64,000 bases of DNA from Callorhinchus milii. Its lineage: Eukaryota. The translations under genes were made by a program, and so were the position numbers. The notes under the pieces were generated by a model. That model made no database searches and was not told the origin of the DNA. It saw only the letters and a list, made by a program, of their open reading frames with translations. Shown here one piece after another: positions 25,490-38,127 of the stretch. Position 1 is the first letter of the stretch. Every line of letters begins with the position of its first letter. The DNA is taken from contig NW_024704743.1 in NCBI RefSeq assembly GCF_018977255.1, positions 43,526,001 through 43,590,000 on the forward strand. The letters are read 5' to 3'.

Positions 25490-27645
25490 TCCAAAGGGTG
25501 GCTGAAGGCATGGTAGAAGAAGAAGGTCTTCAGACGGGACTTGAAGGAGACAAGAGAGCGGGTGAGACAGAGGGATTGCGGGATAGAATGTGGGGGCAGA
25601 GATGCTGAATGCCTGATCACCAATGGTGGGTCGCGAAGTGTGGGCTGGTAAGTGCGGGTGACCTGAAGCATGCCAGTGTTTGCCGAGTGGAGGGAGCGGA
25701 CAGGCTGATATGGGGTTATGAGGTTGGAGAGGTAGGGGGGAGCAAGACCCTGGAAGGCCTTGAAGGTAAGAATGAGGGTTTTGTACTCGATTCTCTGAGG
25801 AATGGGGAGCCAGTGAAACCGGGCAAGAATGGGGGTGATAGGTTCCCGAGCCTGATGCGGGAGAGGGCATGAGTTGCAGCTTGTGGAGGGAAGAGTTGGG
25901 AAGTCCAGTGAGCAGGCAGTTGGCGTAGTCAAGCCAGGACATAATGAAAGCATTGATCAGGGTCTTGGTGGCCTGCGGTGAAAGGCAGTGGCGGAGACGG
26001 GCAATGTTGTGGAGGTGTGGAAAGGCGGAACGGATCACGGCATGAATGTAGGGTTTGAAGGATAGCTGAGGGTCGAAAAGAACACCAAGGTTTCAGTTTG
26101 GCTCGGTGAGGTGAAGAGTGCAGCCATGAATGTTGATAGTGTCACCGGCTGATGTTAGGAGGCGCTGCCAGGAACCAAGCAGGAGGGCCTCTATCCTGCC
26201 AACATTGAGCTGGACATCAACATTGTCCAAGACTTGATGTCAGACAGACAATCAGTCAGGATATCAACAGTCCTGGAGTCGAGGGTGGAGGTAGCGAGGT
26301 AGAGTTGGGTGTCATCCGCATACATGTGAAAATTGACCCCATGCCTGCGGATGACATCACTGAGCGGGAATCTGTATAGATTGAAGAGGAGGGGACAGAG
26401 GACAGAGCCCTGAGGGATGTCACACGTGGCAGTGCGGGGGCTAGAGGAGAAGCCGTTGGTGGCCACGAACTGCAGGCGGTGGGAAAGGTAGGATTGGAAC
26501 CAGGCAAGAACAGAACCATTGAGGTGGAGGTGAGCGTTCAGGTGGTGGTGAAGAATAGAGTGGTCAACAGTATCGAAAGCGTCCAAGAGGTCGAGAAGGA
26601 CGAGGAGACAGAGACAACCCTTGTCGTAGGTGGACAAAATGTCATTTGTCACTTTGACCGGGGCTGTGAGCAGCACAAAACCCAGATTGGACGGGTTCAT
26701 GGAGGGAATGCAGAGAAGCGACGACTCATTCCATGACCTTTGATAGCAGAGCAGAGATGGGTCAAGTTGAGGTTTCGGATTGGCTTAGTGAAGTAAAAAC
26801 ATGTGGAGGGAGGAATGGAAGGGGAGCAGATGGTGGGGGGGTGGGGTGCCGGTAGAGGGGCTAGAGGCGGCAGAGTGGATCCCCTCGACTTTGAACTCGA
26901 GGGATTCCATCATCTCCTCGCATTTAGGTGTTGGAGGAGAGGATGGCAGAGGCATGGGAGGGTGGACAGAGGAGTTGGTTTATGGTAGAAAAGAGGAGTC
27001 TGGGATTGTCCTTAGCTTCCAAAATGATTTTGGAATAAAAGAGTGATTTAGCTGAGGTGAGGGCAGAGCGGTAGGTCTTGGTATAGACCTGCCAAATCTG
27101 ATGGTGAACCGTTAATTTGGATTTGCGCTAGGTTCATTTGGCGGAGCCACCTGTGATTTGAGGGAGCGGAGGCGGGTAGTGTACCAGGGGAATTTGTGTG
27201 AGTAGGAGGCGGTACTGGAAATGATGGGGACAAGAGTGTCAAGGATGGCTGAGAGGGAGTTGTTTAGGAGGTTGATTAAGGTCATTGCAGGAGGAGGGTC
27301 AGAAGGGTAGCAGTTCAGATGCCTCCAGGGCAGCGTAGAGGGCATGGAGGGAGATATTTCTCCAGGGGCGATAGGAGATGCACATGGAGTGGGTGGTATG
27401 GAAGGGGATGGAGGAGTTAAGGGAGATGAATTAGTGATCTGAAATGTCTTTGTCAGTGATGGTAACATCAGAGATGGTAAGGCCCCGGGTGATCACCTGG
27501 TCTAACAGGTGGCCATGGATGTGAGTGGCAGAGTTCATGTGGAGGGAGGGGTTGTGAAAGGAAAGGAGGGAGGAGAAGTCAGCAGATGTGGAGCAAGAGG
27601 GGGTGAAGTGGAGGTTAAAGTCATCCAAGATGATGAGGCGTTCAG
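25490..27645 (-). mobile_element. Decayed long L2 with APE-endonuclease and RT remnants
   Basis: DDFN, HIHGHLLDQV and SDH (endonuclease); LLDLLDAFDTVDH, PQGSVL and YADD (RT); C-terminal HWLPIPQRIEYK. Frameshifted across several ORFs. Confidence 0.9.
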
Positions 27646-30284
27646 TCCTATTAGCTTTCGTTTATTGATATTATTAACTATATTTCAGATAGTGCAAAGT
27701 GATATTTAGCACCAAGCAGTCAGCACTTATATAATAGTTTACCTGTCTTCTGAAAATTCTTATTGTGATATGGGAAGCAACTGTGATGTATGTATCGGTG
27801 CAATAAACCCTTTAATTACGCCCAGTTAACCGCGTATAAAGTTTCAAAATGTTTCCTTTTTAGGCAGAGATTGACATGCGTGGGAGGAATTTGGTGGTGC
27901 AAGATGTAGCTTACAAAGGGGTGGTCTGGGAGGATGAGAGCTGTAGGATGGTCACTCGCTTATAAAATCCGGGTTCACACAATAAATCAGCTTGATTGTG
28001 GGAAGTGTTCTGAGACATCCTCTCGATAGGAAAGGTGCAACATGAATGTAAAATTGACGTATGTTACAGCCTTGCAAAACCCCTTGCCCACACATCGTTG
28101 CTAAGTTTGTCCACCTTATTGGGCTCACTGACTACCTTGTCAGAGGGCTACTTGGATGCCAGGCTATGATTAATTGTGCCTCTTCCTATTTGCTGTTCTC
28201 GGCAGTGAGGGCCATCCATGGAATATTTCTACATCACTGAACCAGCTCAAAGCAAAATGTACATTTCCTTTTACTCTTTAACCGCTTGGTTCCCAGAATT
28301 TCTCTCCCTTTCTCTGCAAATAAGTTGTTGTAATAATAGTAATAATCCTTACATTTACTATAGCGCAGTGTGGCCAACCTGTGGCCCACGGGCTGTCAAG
28401 AAACAGCCTCCGTGAACATTCACAGTCTAGGTAAGAGTTAAGGTAAGTCTAGGTAAGTCTGCGTAGGATTGGTAATGTGGTTTCAGTTTTTTCTTGATTG
28501 AATATTTCTTGATTTATGGCACAACAAGAAATATTCAATCAAAAAAATTCATTTTGTTGGCCAGCCATAAAGGTTGTCACTTTTCAAATCAGGAGGATGT
28601 CCCAAAGAGCTTTACACAGCATTCGGTAAAATGTAGTGACTGTTTTTTCTACGAGAGAAGCTGTGACAAAAGAGCAAATGAGCAGGAAAAGTGCAAATTT
28701 GCTGTAAGCTTAAGTCTTCACGAATACACAACAAAGCAGATGGAAGATAGTTTCCACCTGAGCAATTTTATCGAGAAGAGGCTTTTAGAGGATTGTGCCA
28801 AATACCCCCAGATTAACATGATGTTCAGTGCCTGAATTGAATATTGTGAGGAAACCATATATTTGTGTAAAGTCAGATTAAAACAAAATGCCCTTTTAAA
28901 TCACTCTCCCTCAGATAAATAGCTGACAATGCACCTTTTCATTTCCTGAATAATCCATACAGAACAGCTATTGTGACACCCGCACTTACTTTAATCCTTA
29001 TGGAAAATTCAATCCATTTTCATTACTTCATTTAATTAATGCAATCAGTTCCGAGCGAAGCCTCACAATGAATGCTGTCCATCATCTCCCTGCTTCCGAC
29101 GAGGAGTAAGAATAAGAGCCCTGATGTTACACTTTCATGTCTGTAGAAAGGGCCTTTGTATTTCAATTCCTACCGCATTACAGTACTCTCCAGAGAGCCA
29201 TCCAATCTATGTGTTCCTAATTATCTGCACAAAGTACAGCCACTCGCATTTAAAATTCCACTGAAATCCTTAATGTCTTAAATTGTCAGAGATTTAAGAA
29301 GTTATTTTGAGGTTCAAAGTTTCGGAAGTCTTATTAATTGTGATTAATTTTCGTCTAATTTCCAGCTACAAATCTAGACTTTCATGCACATGTTTTGTTT
29401 CCTTATCTGGCTCATGCTACTGTTACAAAGTCTAGAGCTGGATTATATAGTCATACAAACATAAAAACGTTAACATTACTGATCCCTCTCCACGAGAAAG
29501 AATGGCTGGTGACATCAAATCTTTTATCAGTAAGGGAAATCCCATTAAATCATACCGACTAGTGAGACATAAGATCCCAACCAAACTTGCCTTGAAACTG
29601 AAGCCTCGCAACTTGTTGTGACGTATCGGGGTTTTCTGCAAAAAACGAATTTACATCACAAGGCATTTTTCCAGTGGCGGGCAGCAGTAACATTAGTGAT
29701 ATATTTTTGAACGCCATAGTTCTACTTCTGCAGAATCAGAGGACGTTCTTTTTTTAAGAAATCTAGGTTCTTCATAGTCAATTACAGTCTGTTGTAGAAT
29801 TTTAGGAGTAAAAAGTGCAGTAAATGATGCGATATTACATTAGAAACTAGTAGCATTTATCATCCTCTGAAACCATCAAATACTCTCACTGTTACAAGAC
29901 ATAAAACAATTCTTTAAAGCCTGGAAGTGCCAAGTGACAGGAAGGGAAACTTGGAGCAGTTATAAATGTAAACACACCTGTCACAAAATATAAATAGGAA
30001 AGCTGGGAACAAATGGCAAAGTAAATGTTTATGAAAAGTAAATATTTGAGAGTGTGATCAAGGGTGTAACATGCTCTGGGGGAACAAATATTTGTATAAC
30101 ATTTGCTCTCTTGTGGTTCACGGCATAATTCAAATTCTTTCAAGCAGCTCCAGCTTTCTAATTTATTAATTTACTCCCGGCCACATGCTAGAATCTGGAT
30201 AACGTCGTTTTGTTTTAACAAGTAAAAGAAAGTCAAAAAGCACAGTTTTCAGATTATTGGCAAAAATGGCTCCTTGTTCTGTTG

Positions 30285-30640
30285 TTTTCAAGTTCCTCAC
30301 ACTTGCTTTTAAATGGCACCTCCTTACCTCTCCGACCTGCTTAACCCCCAACGAACAACCCGCTGCCTCCGCTTGACTGGCTCCAGCCTTCTGCAACTCA
30401 GCCTGGCTCCATTCCACCATTGGGTGGTCGCACTTTCAACCACTGCACCCCGAAACTTTGGAACACTCTTCCTCTATCCCTCCACCTTGCCCCTTCCTTT
30501 TCTGAAGACCTTCCTATTGGACCGTGCCTACGATCACCTCCCCCTTCCTCCATCTTGGCGTCGCACTTCGTCACTGACAAGCGCTCTGGGACTCTAACGT
30601 GCGTGAGGGGCACTAAATAAATGCAAGTGGTCGCTGTTGA
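30285..30640 (+). mobile_element. L2 3' fragment
   Basis: APPYLSDLL; GGRTFNHCTPKLWNTLP. Confidence 0.75.
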
Positions 30641-30717
30641 AAATCCTTTTTTTAACACCAGAGTCTTGTCATTCTGTGCTTACCAGGATTACGGACAGCC
30701 CTGATGAAGTAATGGAA

Positions 30718-30785
30718 GTAGCTATAGTGGATAGAGCTATAGTGGATGTGACTTTAGGGGATGTAGCTATAGTGAATGTAGCTGC
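30718..30785. repeat. Short tandem repeat, ~15-bp unit
   Basis: GTAGCTATAGTGGAT-like unit repeated about four times with decay. Confidence 0.7.
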
Positions 30786-31305
30786 ATCTTATGGATAAAG
30801 AGTTCTGTGATTCAAATCGCAGTCAGTCCATGCTGAGTTTGCTGGGCTCATTTGGGATTGCACGGGGATGTTAAATTGACCACAGTCTTCCCAGACTTCA
30901 GGAGGAAAAAAAACAGCCAGAGTTCCTGCTGTTGGTGCTTTGCAAATTCCTCTGCTCGTTGTGTGTGGCAAACAGATGGGGAGAGGTTAGGCTTAGCTGG
31001 GATAACCACTGAGACACCCTCTATGGTTGAGTGGCTTGCCGATGCTCATGCGAAGGCTCAGACATGACAACTTTGTCAGGGTATAGGGTAGTCAGTAGCT
31101 GTGGAAACCACACCCCGGAAAGAAGAGGCCAGACCAGAAGGAGAGAGGCATGTGCAAATGGGGAGAAAATTAGAAAAATATTTGAACCAATTTTTTTTGT
31201 ATAAAGGGAGAAGAAACTTTCCAGGATTTGGTGCTATATCAAATGCAAGGATTAGTATTATTATAACAGGGTGCATCCATCCAGGGGGCACACTTCATTG
31301 AAACA

Positions 31306-31553
31306 GAGTCCTGTAGCTTAATGCACTTGCCTCGCAAGTGAGAGGACCTACGTTTGATTCCCAGGCAGAGCAAAACATTGGGTAAGTTTCCTTACCCCAC
31401 ATGTCTCTGTCTGCCTAGCAGTAAGTAGGAAACCGGTTGTTAGTTGCTTGGCGGATTGCTTTTCCAGAGGTAATAATCCCTTCAAAATTAAAAAAAAATT
31501 TGGTCGCTCAATCCACAACTATATCAAATGCAAGTATTATTAGGATTATTATT
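31306..31553 (+). mobile_element. tRNA-derived SINE, long form, 3' body deleted
   Basis: Head and first body domain joined directly to atatcaaatgcaag plus an (ATT)-like tail. Confidence 0.8.
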
Positions 31554-33419
31554 ACAAATGGAAATTTCCATCATATATGGAGCTCCGATTAGTTTGATTT
31601 GTTTATTCTTAAGCATGGTGATGGGGTTCTGTTTGTGTCAGATACCCGGCCAAAAGAAAATCCCACAAACTGCCACCTCCAGTGGTGATAAGACTTGGTG
31701 GCAAACTCTGCTGTCACAATAGTAATGTCATTAGATTAGATTATATCCTTGCATTGCCTTATTACAGTGGAATAGTGCCTTATTACATCACTGAGACATC
31801 TCAAAGCGCTTTACAGAACATCCTGTAAAGTCGATTGACTGTGTTTCGTGGGTGAACCAAAAAAAAGTGTTGTTATATTAAAGTGCTGCTGGCAAAGGCA
31901 GAGAACAGGGCTGTTATCAATAGCAGTACTGTCAAATAAATTAGGTATTAATCTAGGTAATACATAAACATTTAATGTTACTTTAAATAATTATGACTTG
32001 TGGTTTAAATTGTATATGTTTTCAATTGTTTATTTCAGTGAGCGTTTGTAACTTGTGCGAGATAATAGTAACTACTCAATGAAATAGGTTTCCACTTTAC
32101 ACCTAATGACCATGTAATAATGCTCACATGTCCTGCATGTGCAAGTTGTTAATGGATTTGAGGCAGAATCAGAGCAACTGCAGAGCTATAAATGGGTGCG
32201 GAGTTAATCACTCTGACAGCTTTCCAGAGTAAAGTTCCCCACCTTTGGTTTTGTTCAGAGCTGTGAAGCAGGAGGTTCATATCAGGCTAAGACAATCACT
32301 TCATGCAAATATCTTGCAGGTTTAAACTGAATTAAAAGTCATTAGAATGAGTCAGGCAGGCAATTTAATTTAGTTTAATTTAAGACCTTGCAGCACATAA
32401 ATTGACACGGGGGACAGTCCTCAGTGTTAACCCGTATGGGGATGATATTCACACATAGCTTCAAGCACTGCTGTGACAAACAATTACAGACTCGAGTAGT
32501 TTGAAATATAGCCAAGGTTCCTGGTCACTCACAGCACAGGTCAGCTGCAATGCAAATATTGTTGTTCCATTAGTGGATGACTGAGACCCATCTGACATTT
32601 CCATTTGCCAAACTGCTATTTGTTATAGACCTATTGAAATATTTTTGTGGTTACTTTGAGAAAAAAATATTAAGTTAGTTCCATAGTTTTTAATTAATTA
32701 CGTTGTTCAAACAGAAACAAAATCATAAGTGCCACAGTGTTACCCAGCCTCCTATTTTCTCATTGGCTAACCAACCCGGGCTGGGAAGAGTGGGAGGCAT
32801 ATTTTGCAATGATTTAGGCAACACAAGGCTATTTCAGGATTTGGAAGGAAGAAATATTAATTATGTACAAAAAATATAAATTTTACAGTTTACCGCATAG
32901 AATGTGTCTTATAGCTTTCAATTGAACTGTTACACAAAACTTTTCAAATCTGCAAATCTTCACCCACAAAATATAGTCAATTCAATTTACAGTATATTCT
33001 GTGAAGGCTTTGAGACGTCTTGAAGATGTTTTAAGGCCCTATATCAAATGCAAGGATGATTAATCGGCAGTTTCCTAAGAATTTTTCCACAAATGATTCC
33101 AGGCTAAAATAACCATTTACATGTTAAAACATCATAACAAAGAAATTCATGATCAACACACATTGGTCTCAACAAATGAAACAGAGTGTTACAATGAATT
33201 TCTAAAAATAACCTTTTTTNCTAAATTCGTGGCAAGTTACCATATACAGTAAATCTCATCTGGAAACATCCGTTTCTAAATACAGTTATCACAGAAGCTA
33301 ACTTGAGGAATACAAACGTGAATCCATCATTTCACTACTGGTGTGAAAGGCAATTGAGAATGTGCTGGTGAGACATGGAACGTACCAGAGATATCAAAAA
33401 ATGTCTTTATTCAAAATTA

Positions 33420-33810
33420 TCCTTACATTTGATATAGTGCCTTTCTTGATATCTCGTCAAGATATCTCAAAGTAGGATATACTGTAAAGTGGAGTGACTG
33501 TGTATCAAATGAGGTAGTCAATTCGCACATAGCAATGTAAAAGCCATGAAATGAATGACCAATTTTATCTGTTGGCCAGGACACCAAACAAAACTCCCTT
33601 CTGTTTTCGAGTAGTACCTTGGGATCATTAATGTCCATCTGAAAAGGTAAACTGGGCCTCGGGTTAATGATTCATCTGAACAGCACCACCAACACAGTTC
33701 CTACCATTGCATCGGAGTGTCAGCCTAGCCTATGTGAGCTCAAAGTCCCAATGTGGGGCTTGAACCTACAGTATTCTGATTCACAGGTGGGAATACTACC
33801 AACTGAATTA
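33420..33810 (-). mobile_element. Older DeuSINE-like element
   Basis: Collinear with 44325-44780. Confidence 0.65.
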
Positions 33811-34074
33811 ATTTACTGTGTTAAAAAAAAATTGAAATATACCCAGAGCTTAGCTGAGTACAGTTTGCCAACAGTTGGCAATGAAAACTGCTTGTCAGCA
33901 AACATATTGGTTCTCAGTGTCACTTGTATATGGGAATATATGCCCTAGGACACTACTAACCTGCACAAGAATATAAGTCGGATTCATAATGTGTGCTTGT
34001 GAATCGGGTAACAATGATATCTGAGCTTATGCCCAATTGCAACAATGAGAATTTCACCCAGTGACCATTAATAA

Positions 34075-34465
34075 TACTAATCCTTACATCTGATATCACG
34101 CCTTTTTCATTAAACTTACTGTTGTAAAACGAAGTGTATTTTTAGGCAAATATGGCAGCCAATTTGTGCATAGCAGTGTCCCACTAATAGTCATGAAATG
34201 ACTAGTCAATTTATTTGGGGGAAGAGTGACCAGAACACTAAGAGAAACTCTTATTTTTTCAAATAGTAACATGGATAATGCCACTTGACCAGGCAGACAA
34301 GACTCAGTTTTGTGTCTTATCAAAAGACAGCACCTCCGACAATGCAACTCTAACGCAACACTGCTCTAGACTGTCAGCCTATACTACGAGTCCATAGTCC
34401 TGATCAGAGGCTTGAATCCATAACCTACAAACCTAAAGTATGCAACTGAGCCAAGTTGACATCAT
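34075..34465 (-). mobile_element. Older DeuSINE-like element
   Basis: ggcagccaatttgtgcatagca...cagcacctccgacaatgca...gcttgaatccataacct. Confidence 0.65.
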
Positions 34466-34559
34466 TATGAGTGTTAGTGAAAAACACTCTCACATCACAC
34501 ATTAAAACTTTAAATGTGCCAACAGGAATTGAGTATCAATTTGAGTCTTCACAAGTCAG

Positions 34560-34697
34560 AACTGCTGCAGGGTTGTGGACCTGAAATGTTGACTCACTTT
34601 CCTTTCTCCCTAGATGCTGCCTGACCTGCTGAATGTTCCCAACGACTTCTGTTTTTGTTTCAGATTTCTAGCAACTGGAGTATTTTGCGTTTTGTTT
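34560..34697 (+). mobile_element. Probable Penelope-like element terminal fragment
   Basis: gacctgaaatgttgactc...gatgctgcctgacctgctga...ttctgtttttgtttcagattt, recalled as an abundant chondrichthyan repeat end; family assignment is inferred. Confidence 0.5.
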
Positions 34698-35099
34698 ACA
34701 AATTCATCTGTTCATTGTAAAAATCTGCTTCTCGTACAAACTAATGGTAATGATCATTATCTATAGAGATTGCTTTAACTCAGAAATCCAACTTAATACC
34801 AGCCTATGCCTATTTCTTACATAAACAAGGTGAGAACATCTATCCATTTGGAAGCAGTAAAGAAATGCTGTTTATTTCTCTTGACGAACCCTTCTCACCA
34901 CCTAAGTATCCTAAAGTATCCCAACAGTGGAAAAAGGACAAGAATTCTTAAATCCAAAGGGAGAGACAATTTCAAGTTCATATGAGAAGAGGAACATTCT
35001 TTAAGACACCCACTCAATGGTCAGGGAATCCAAAAACTGAAGCTGTGTGCACCAAAGAAGTGGAATTGTTTGTCATCCCTTCAGCTGGTTGGTTAAATA

Positions 35100-37200
35100 A
35101 CGGAATAAAAGGATATTCAAATGCAGAAGCTTGTCATACTTATGGGAATGGCCAACCCTGAAGGTAACATGGAGCCAAATAATCCCACACAGACAGTGTA
35201 GTAGAATCCACTGATGTATGTCTAAGGAAAGACACACAACAAGCGAAAAATAGACAAAATGTAATCAATGAAGTGGTATTCATTAAGGTGGCTAACTAGG
35301 CCAAACCTTATCTTCAAAAAAAAACTATATTACTGTACATAATAAACTACTTGAAATGACATCTCAAAAACATCTTGAGTTGCAAATAAAGAAACATTTT
35401 ATTTTCCTCTTCCTTTCTTTCCTCCCGAAAACAATCATGTGGGAGATTAAGGAACACGGGAATTCATAGGACCTTGAGCTGACAAGATACAAAATGTACA
35501 GAGGAATAGTTGCTTCTCTAAGATGTGGACAAAGTGCTGCTGGACAGATTGCTCTGAGAGTTAAACCCTTGCGAACAAATGTTTGAATTTGGAGCAGAGA
35601 TGAGGCATTAACTGTTAAAGGGACAATCTTCTGAGGCAAAAAACTGAGTGAACACTCTACGTCAACTGCTGGTGAGAAGTGAAGTCCTTATGGACTGAGA
35701 AGAGGGACTGAAACTATAGAAGGCAATGGAACAAGATATAAATAGTGACCTACTACAAAACCAGAGGAGCAAGCCAAGGACAAATTAAAGGAAGATTTGG
35801 ATAATATGGTTGCAGAGACATACACTGTCTGTTATCCTTCAGAACAGAGGTATGTAATCAACAGAGGCTGTCCGGGAGATGAAAGGAGACTTATTAATCA
35901 AGTAATGGAAGAGAGGCAGCATTATAAGTACAATATATGATCAGTGGCCCCCATTATAAACTGTACATGGAGAGGAAGTAAGGAACAGACAGTTTGAAGT
36001 TGGAAAGGATGAGTTAACTGCAAAATTAGGAGAAATAAAAGCACAACACAGGCAGCGCTGAATAGTTCGGAAGGATGACATCTGTAGAAAAGAAAGTTAT
36101 AGACTGTGGAGACCAATTAAAATGGCAATCAAAAGCTTACGGGCAGACAAACCTAAACATAGAAATAATGATATATTCTCCGCAGGAAAGAAAAACTGAA
36201 AATGTGAAGAAATAACAGTCAAGAGTTTTAAAAGGCAGGAAATGTAACTAGAGGGTGTAAATTTGGGTAATCATATAAAGTACACAAACTGAGGAAGAAG
36301 AAAAGCAAAATTCAAATGGTCTAAACAGCAAGAAGAAAAATGGAGGAGGGATATGCAACTGAAGATATAAATGATGTTACGATAATCAAGCCATATGGGA
36401 AATAAGTACACTCACCCTCTAAATCCAGATAGTGAACAGGAAAAACAGCAGCACAGCTCCTCTCTTGGCCCGGATGACAGCCAGGTTTGTGAGATCTGTG
36501 GGGATCAAACGGCCAGAGGACGAAAGGAAAGTAACCCAACTTATCTCAATGACAAGTAGTTTGACTTGGGAGGAATCATCCCTCCCTTAAGTATGCAATG
36601 CCAGTTTGATAATAGTGTTTAGATTTAGAAAATTACCCAAAGAACAGGCAGGCTTGTCAAGATCACCACATGGCACCAACATTGACAACATATAGGAAGT
36701 GAAGAAAGCTTGGGTTTTCTTTGTTACAACCATTGTATTCCAAAGGCTAAATGATCCAGAATAAGCGAAACAGTGTTACCCTGGACAAGAACAGGAGGGA
36801 CCAGGTCAATCTTGGAGTTAAGTCAAATCAATAAGGCACTGACATCTTCCATTGAGCTGTTTAAATAATCTGGTTCAACCAGAAAGCTTATAGACCCAAT
36901 ATATCTCCACAGCAATTTTTCATGCTGATTAGACAGGAAACTTGAGGACAGAGTTTTCTAAGTAAAATGATCAATTCAAACTCTGAAGACCAAGTAGAAA
37001 TAGTTGAATAGGCATATATGGAGCAGGAAATGCTGTTTTATCACTCAAGCCAAAGGAGGACAAGAATCCACAGAAAAAGCAATAAACAGTTTTCTTGAAG
37101 GGACTGAATGAGTTACAATAAGCATCAGCCTTGGTGCCATTCATTGAGTTTGTTAATGAGACTGGAGCTGTAAATAACGTGACATGAAAAGCAGATTAAG
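35100..37200 (+). mobile_element. Highly decayed Gypsy-like LTR retrotransposon pol remnant
   Basis: Purine-rich, SINE-free block with degenerate motifs in PR-RT-IN order: VILMGM (~35133), KLKEDLDNMV (35782), AKFKWSKQQEE (36305), YH/QAKGGQESTEKAINSFL (~37039), LVPFIEFVN (37131). Confidence 0.55.
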
Positions 37201-37504
37201 AGGCAATGAGAAATGAGAGGGATCATCTCATTCACAGAGAGAGATAGACAAGATAGAGCTGGAATGTAGGCCAGAGATTCTGAAAAGGAAACTAAAGCAA
37301 AGCAAAATGTCCTCTGCAAGGACAGGCTGATGAATGTTTTTTCTCAGACTGATAGCCCCTCAAGGTTAACTTGGAATTAGAATATCACTTCCCAGATAAG
37401 CAACGTATTCAGCCATTAAGCTATCTAAGAGTACAATGTATGCCTCCAGGAAGAGCGGAAGCAGGCAAATTTTAGACATGGTGCTTGAAGATGTTTCCCA
37501 CTAT

Positions 37505-37935
37505 GTGGTCTCAGCTTGGTTCAGTTGGTAGTACTCTTGAGTCAGAAGATTATGGGTTCAAGTCATACATCAGGACTTTCGAATCATATAGTTTAGACTG
37601 ACACGACAGTTCAGTACTGGGTGAGTGCTGTATCATTGGAGGTATCATCTTTCAGTTGAGACATTAAACTGAGGCCCAATCTGCCTGTTAAAGTGGACAC
37701 TATAGATCCCTTGGAATTATTTGAAAAGAAAAGAGAATTCTCCCAGTGGCCAACAATTCCACAGATGAAATTGATATTCACTTTATGGCTGCTTCAGGGA
37801 CATCATTGTGTGCAAATTGGCAGCTAGGTTCACCTGTAAATAGAGTCACTATAATTTACAGTAGATCTTGTAAAGCACTTTGAGACATCTCAACAATGTG
37901 ATAAGGAGCTATATCAAATGCAAGGATTATTATTA
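37505..37935 (+). mobile_element. Older DeuSINE/SacSINE1-like element, near full length
   Basis: tRNA-like head ggttcagttggtagtactc...gggttcaagtc, body and L2-like tail with (ATT)n. Confidence 0.75.
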
Positions 37936-38127
37936 CCCAAGCTAGCAACATTGAAGGCTTCATTATTTATCAATGAAGCAGTATTTCAAAGACCTTTTAA
38001 AAATTTAAAATATTTTAAATATGGAAACAAACATGTTCAGGAACACTGCAATTTTTACACATCAGGAGATAAACAAACTGCTGCTTTACCTATTATTCTC
38101 CTAATATTCACTTATCTGACAGTAACT

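Noticed and set aside
33220..33220. Single N base
   Set aside because: An assembly ambiguity at the end of a T run, not a biological feature.
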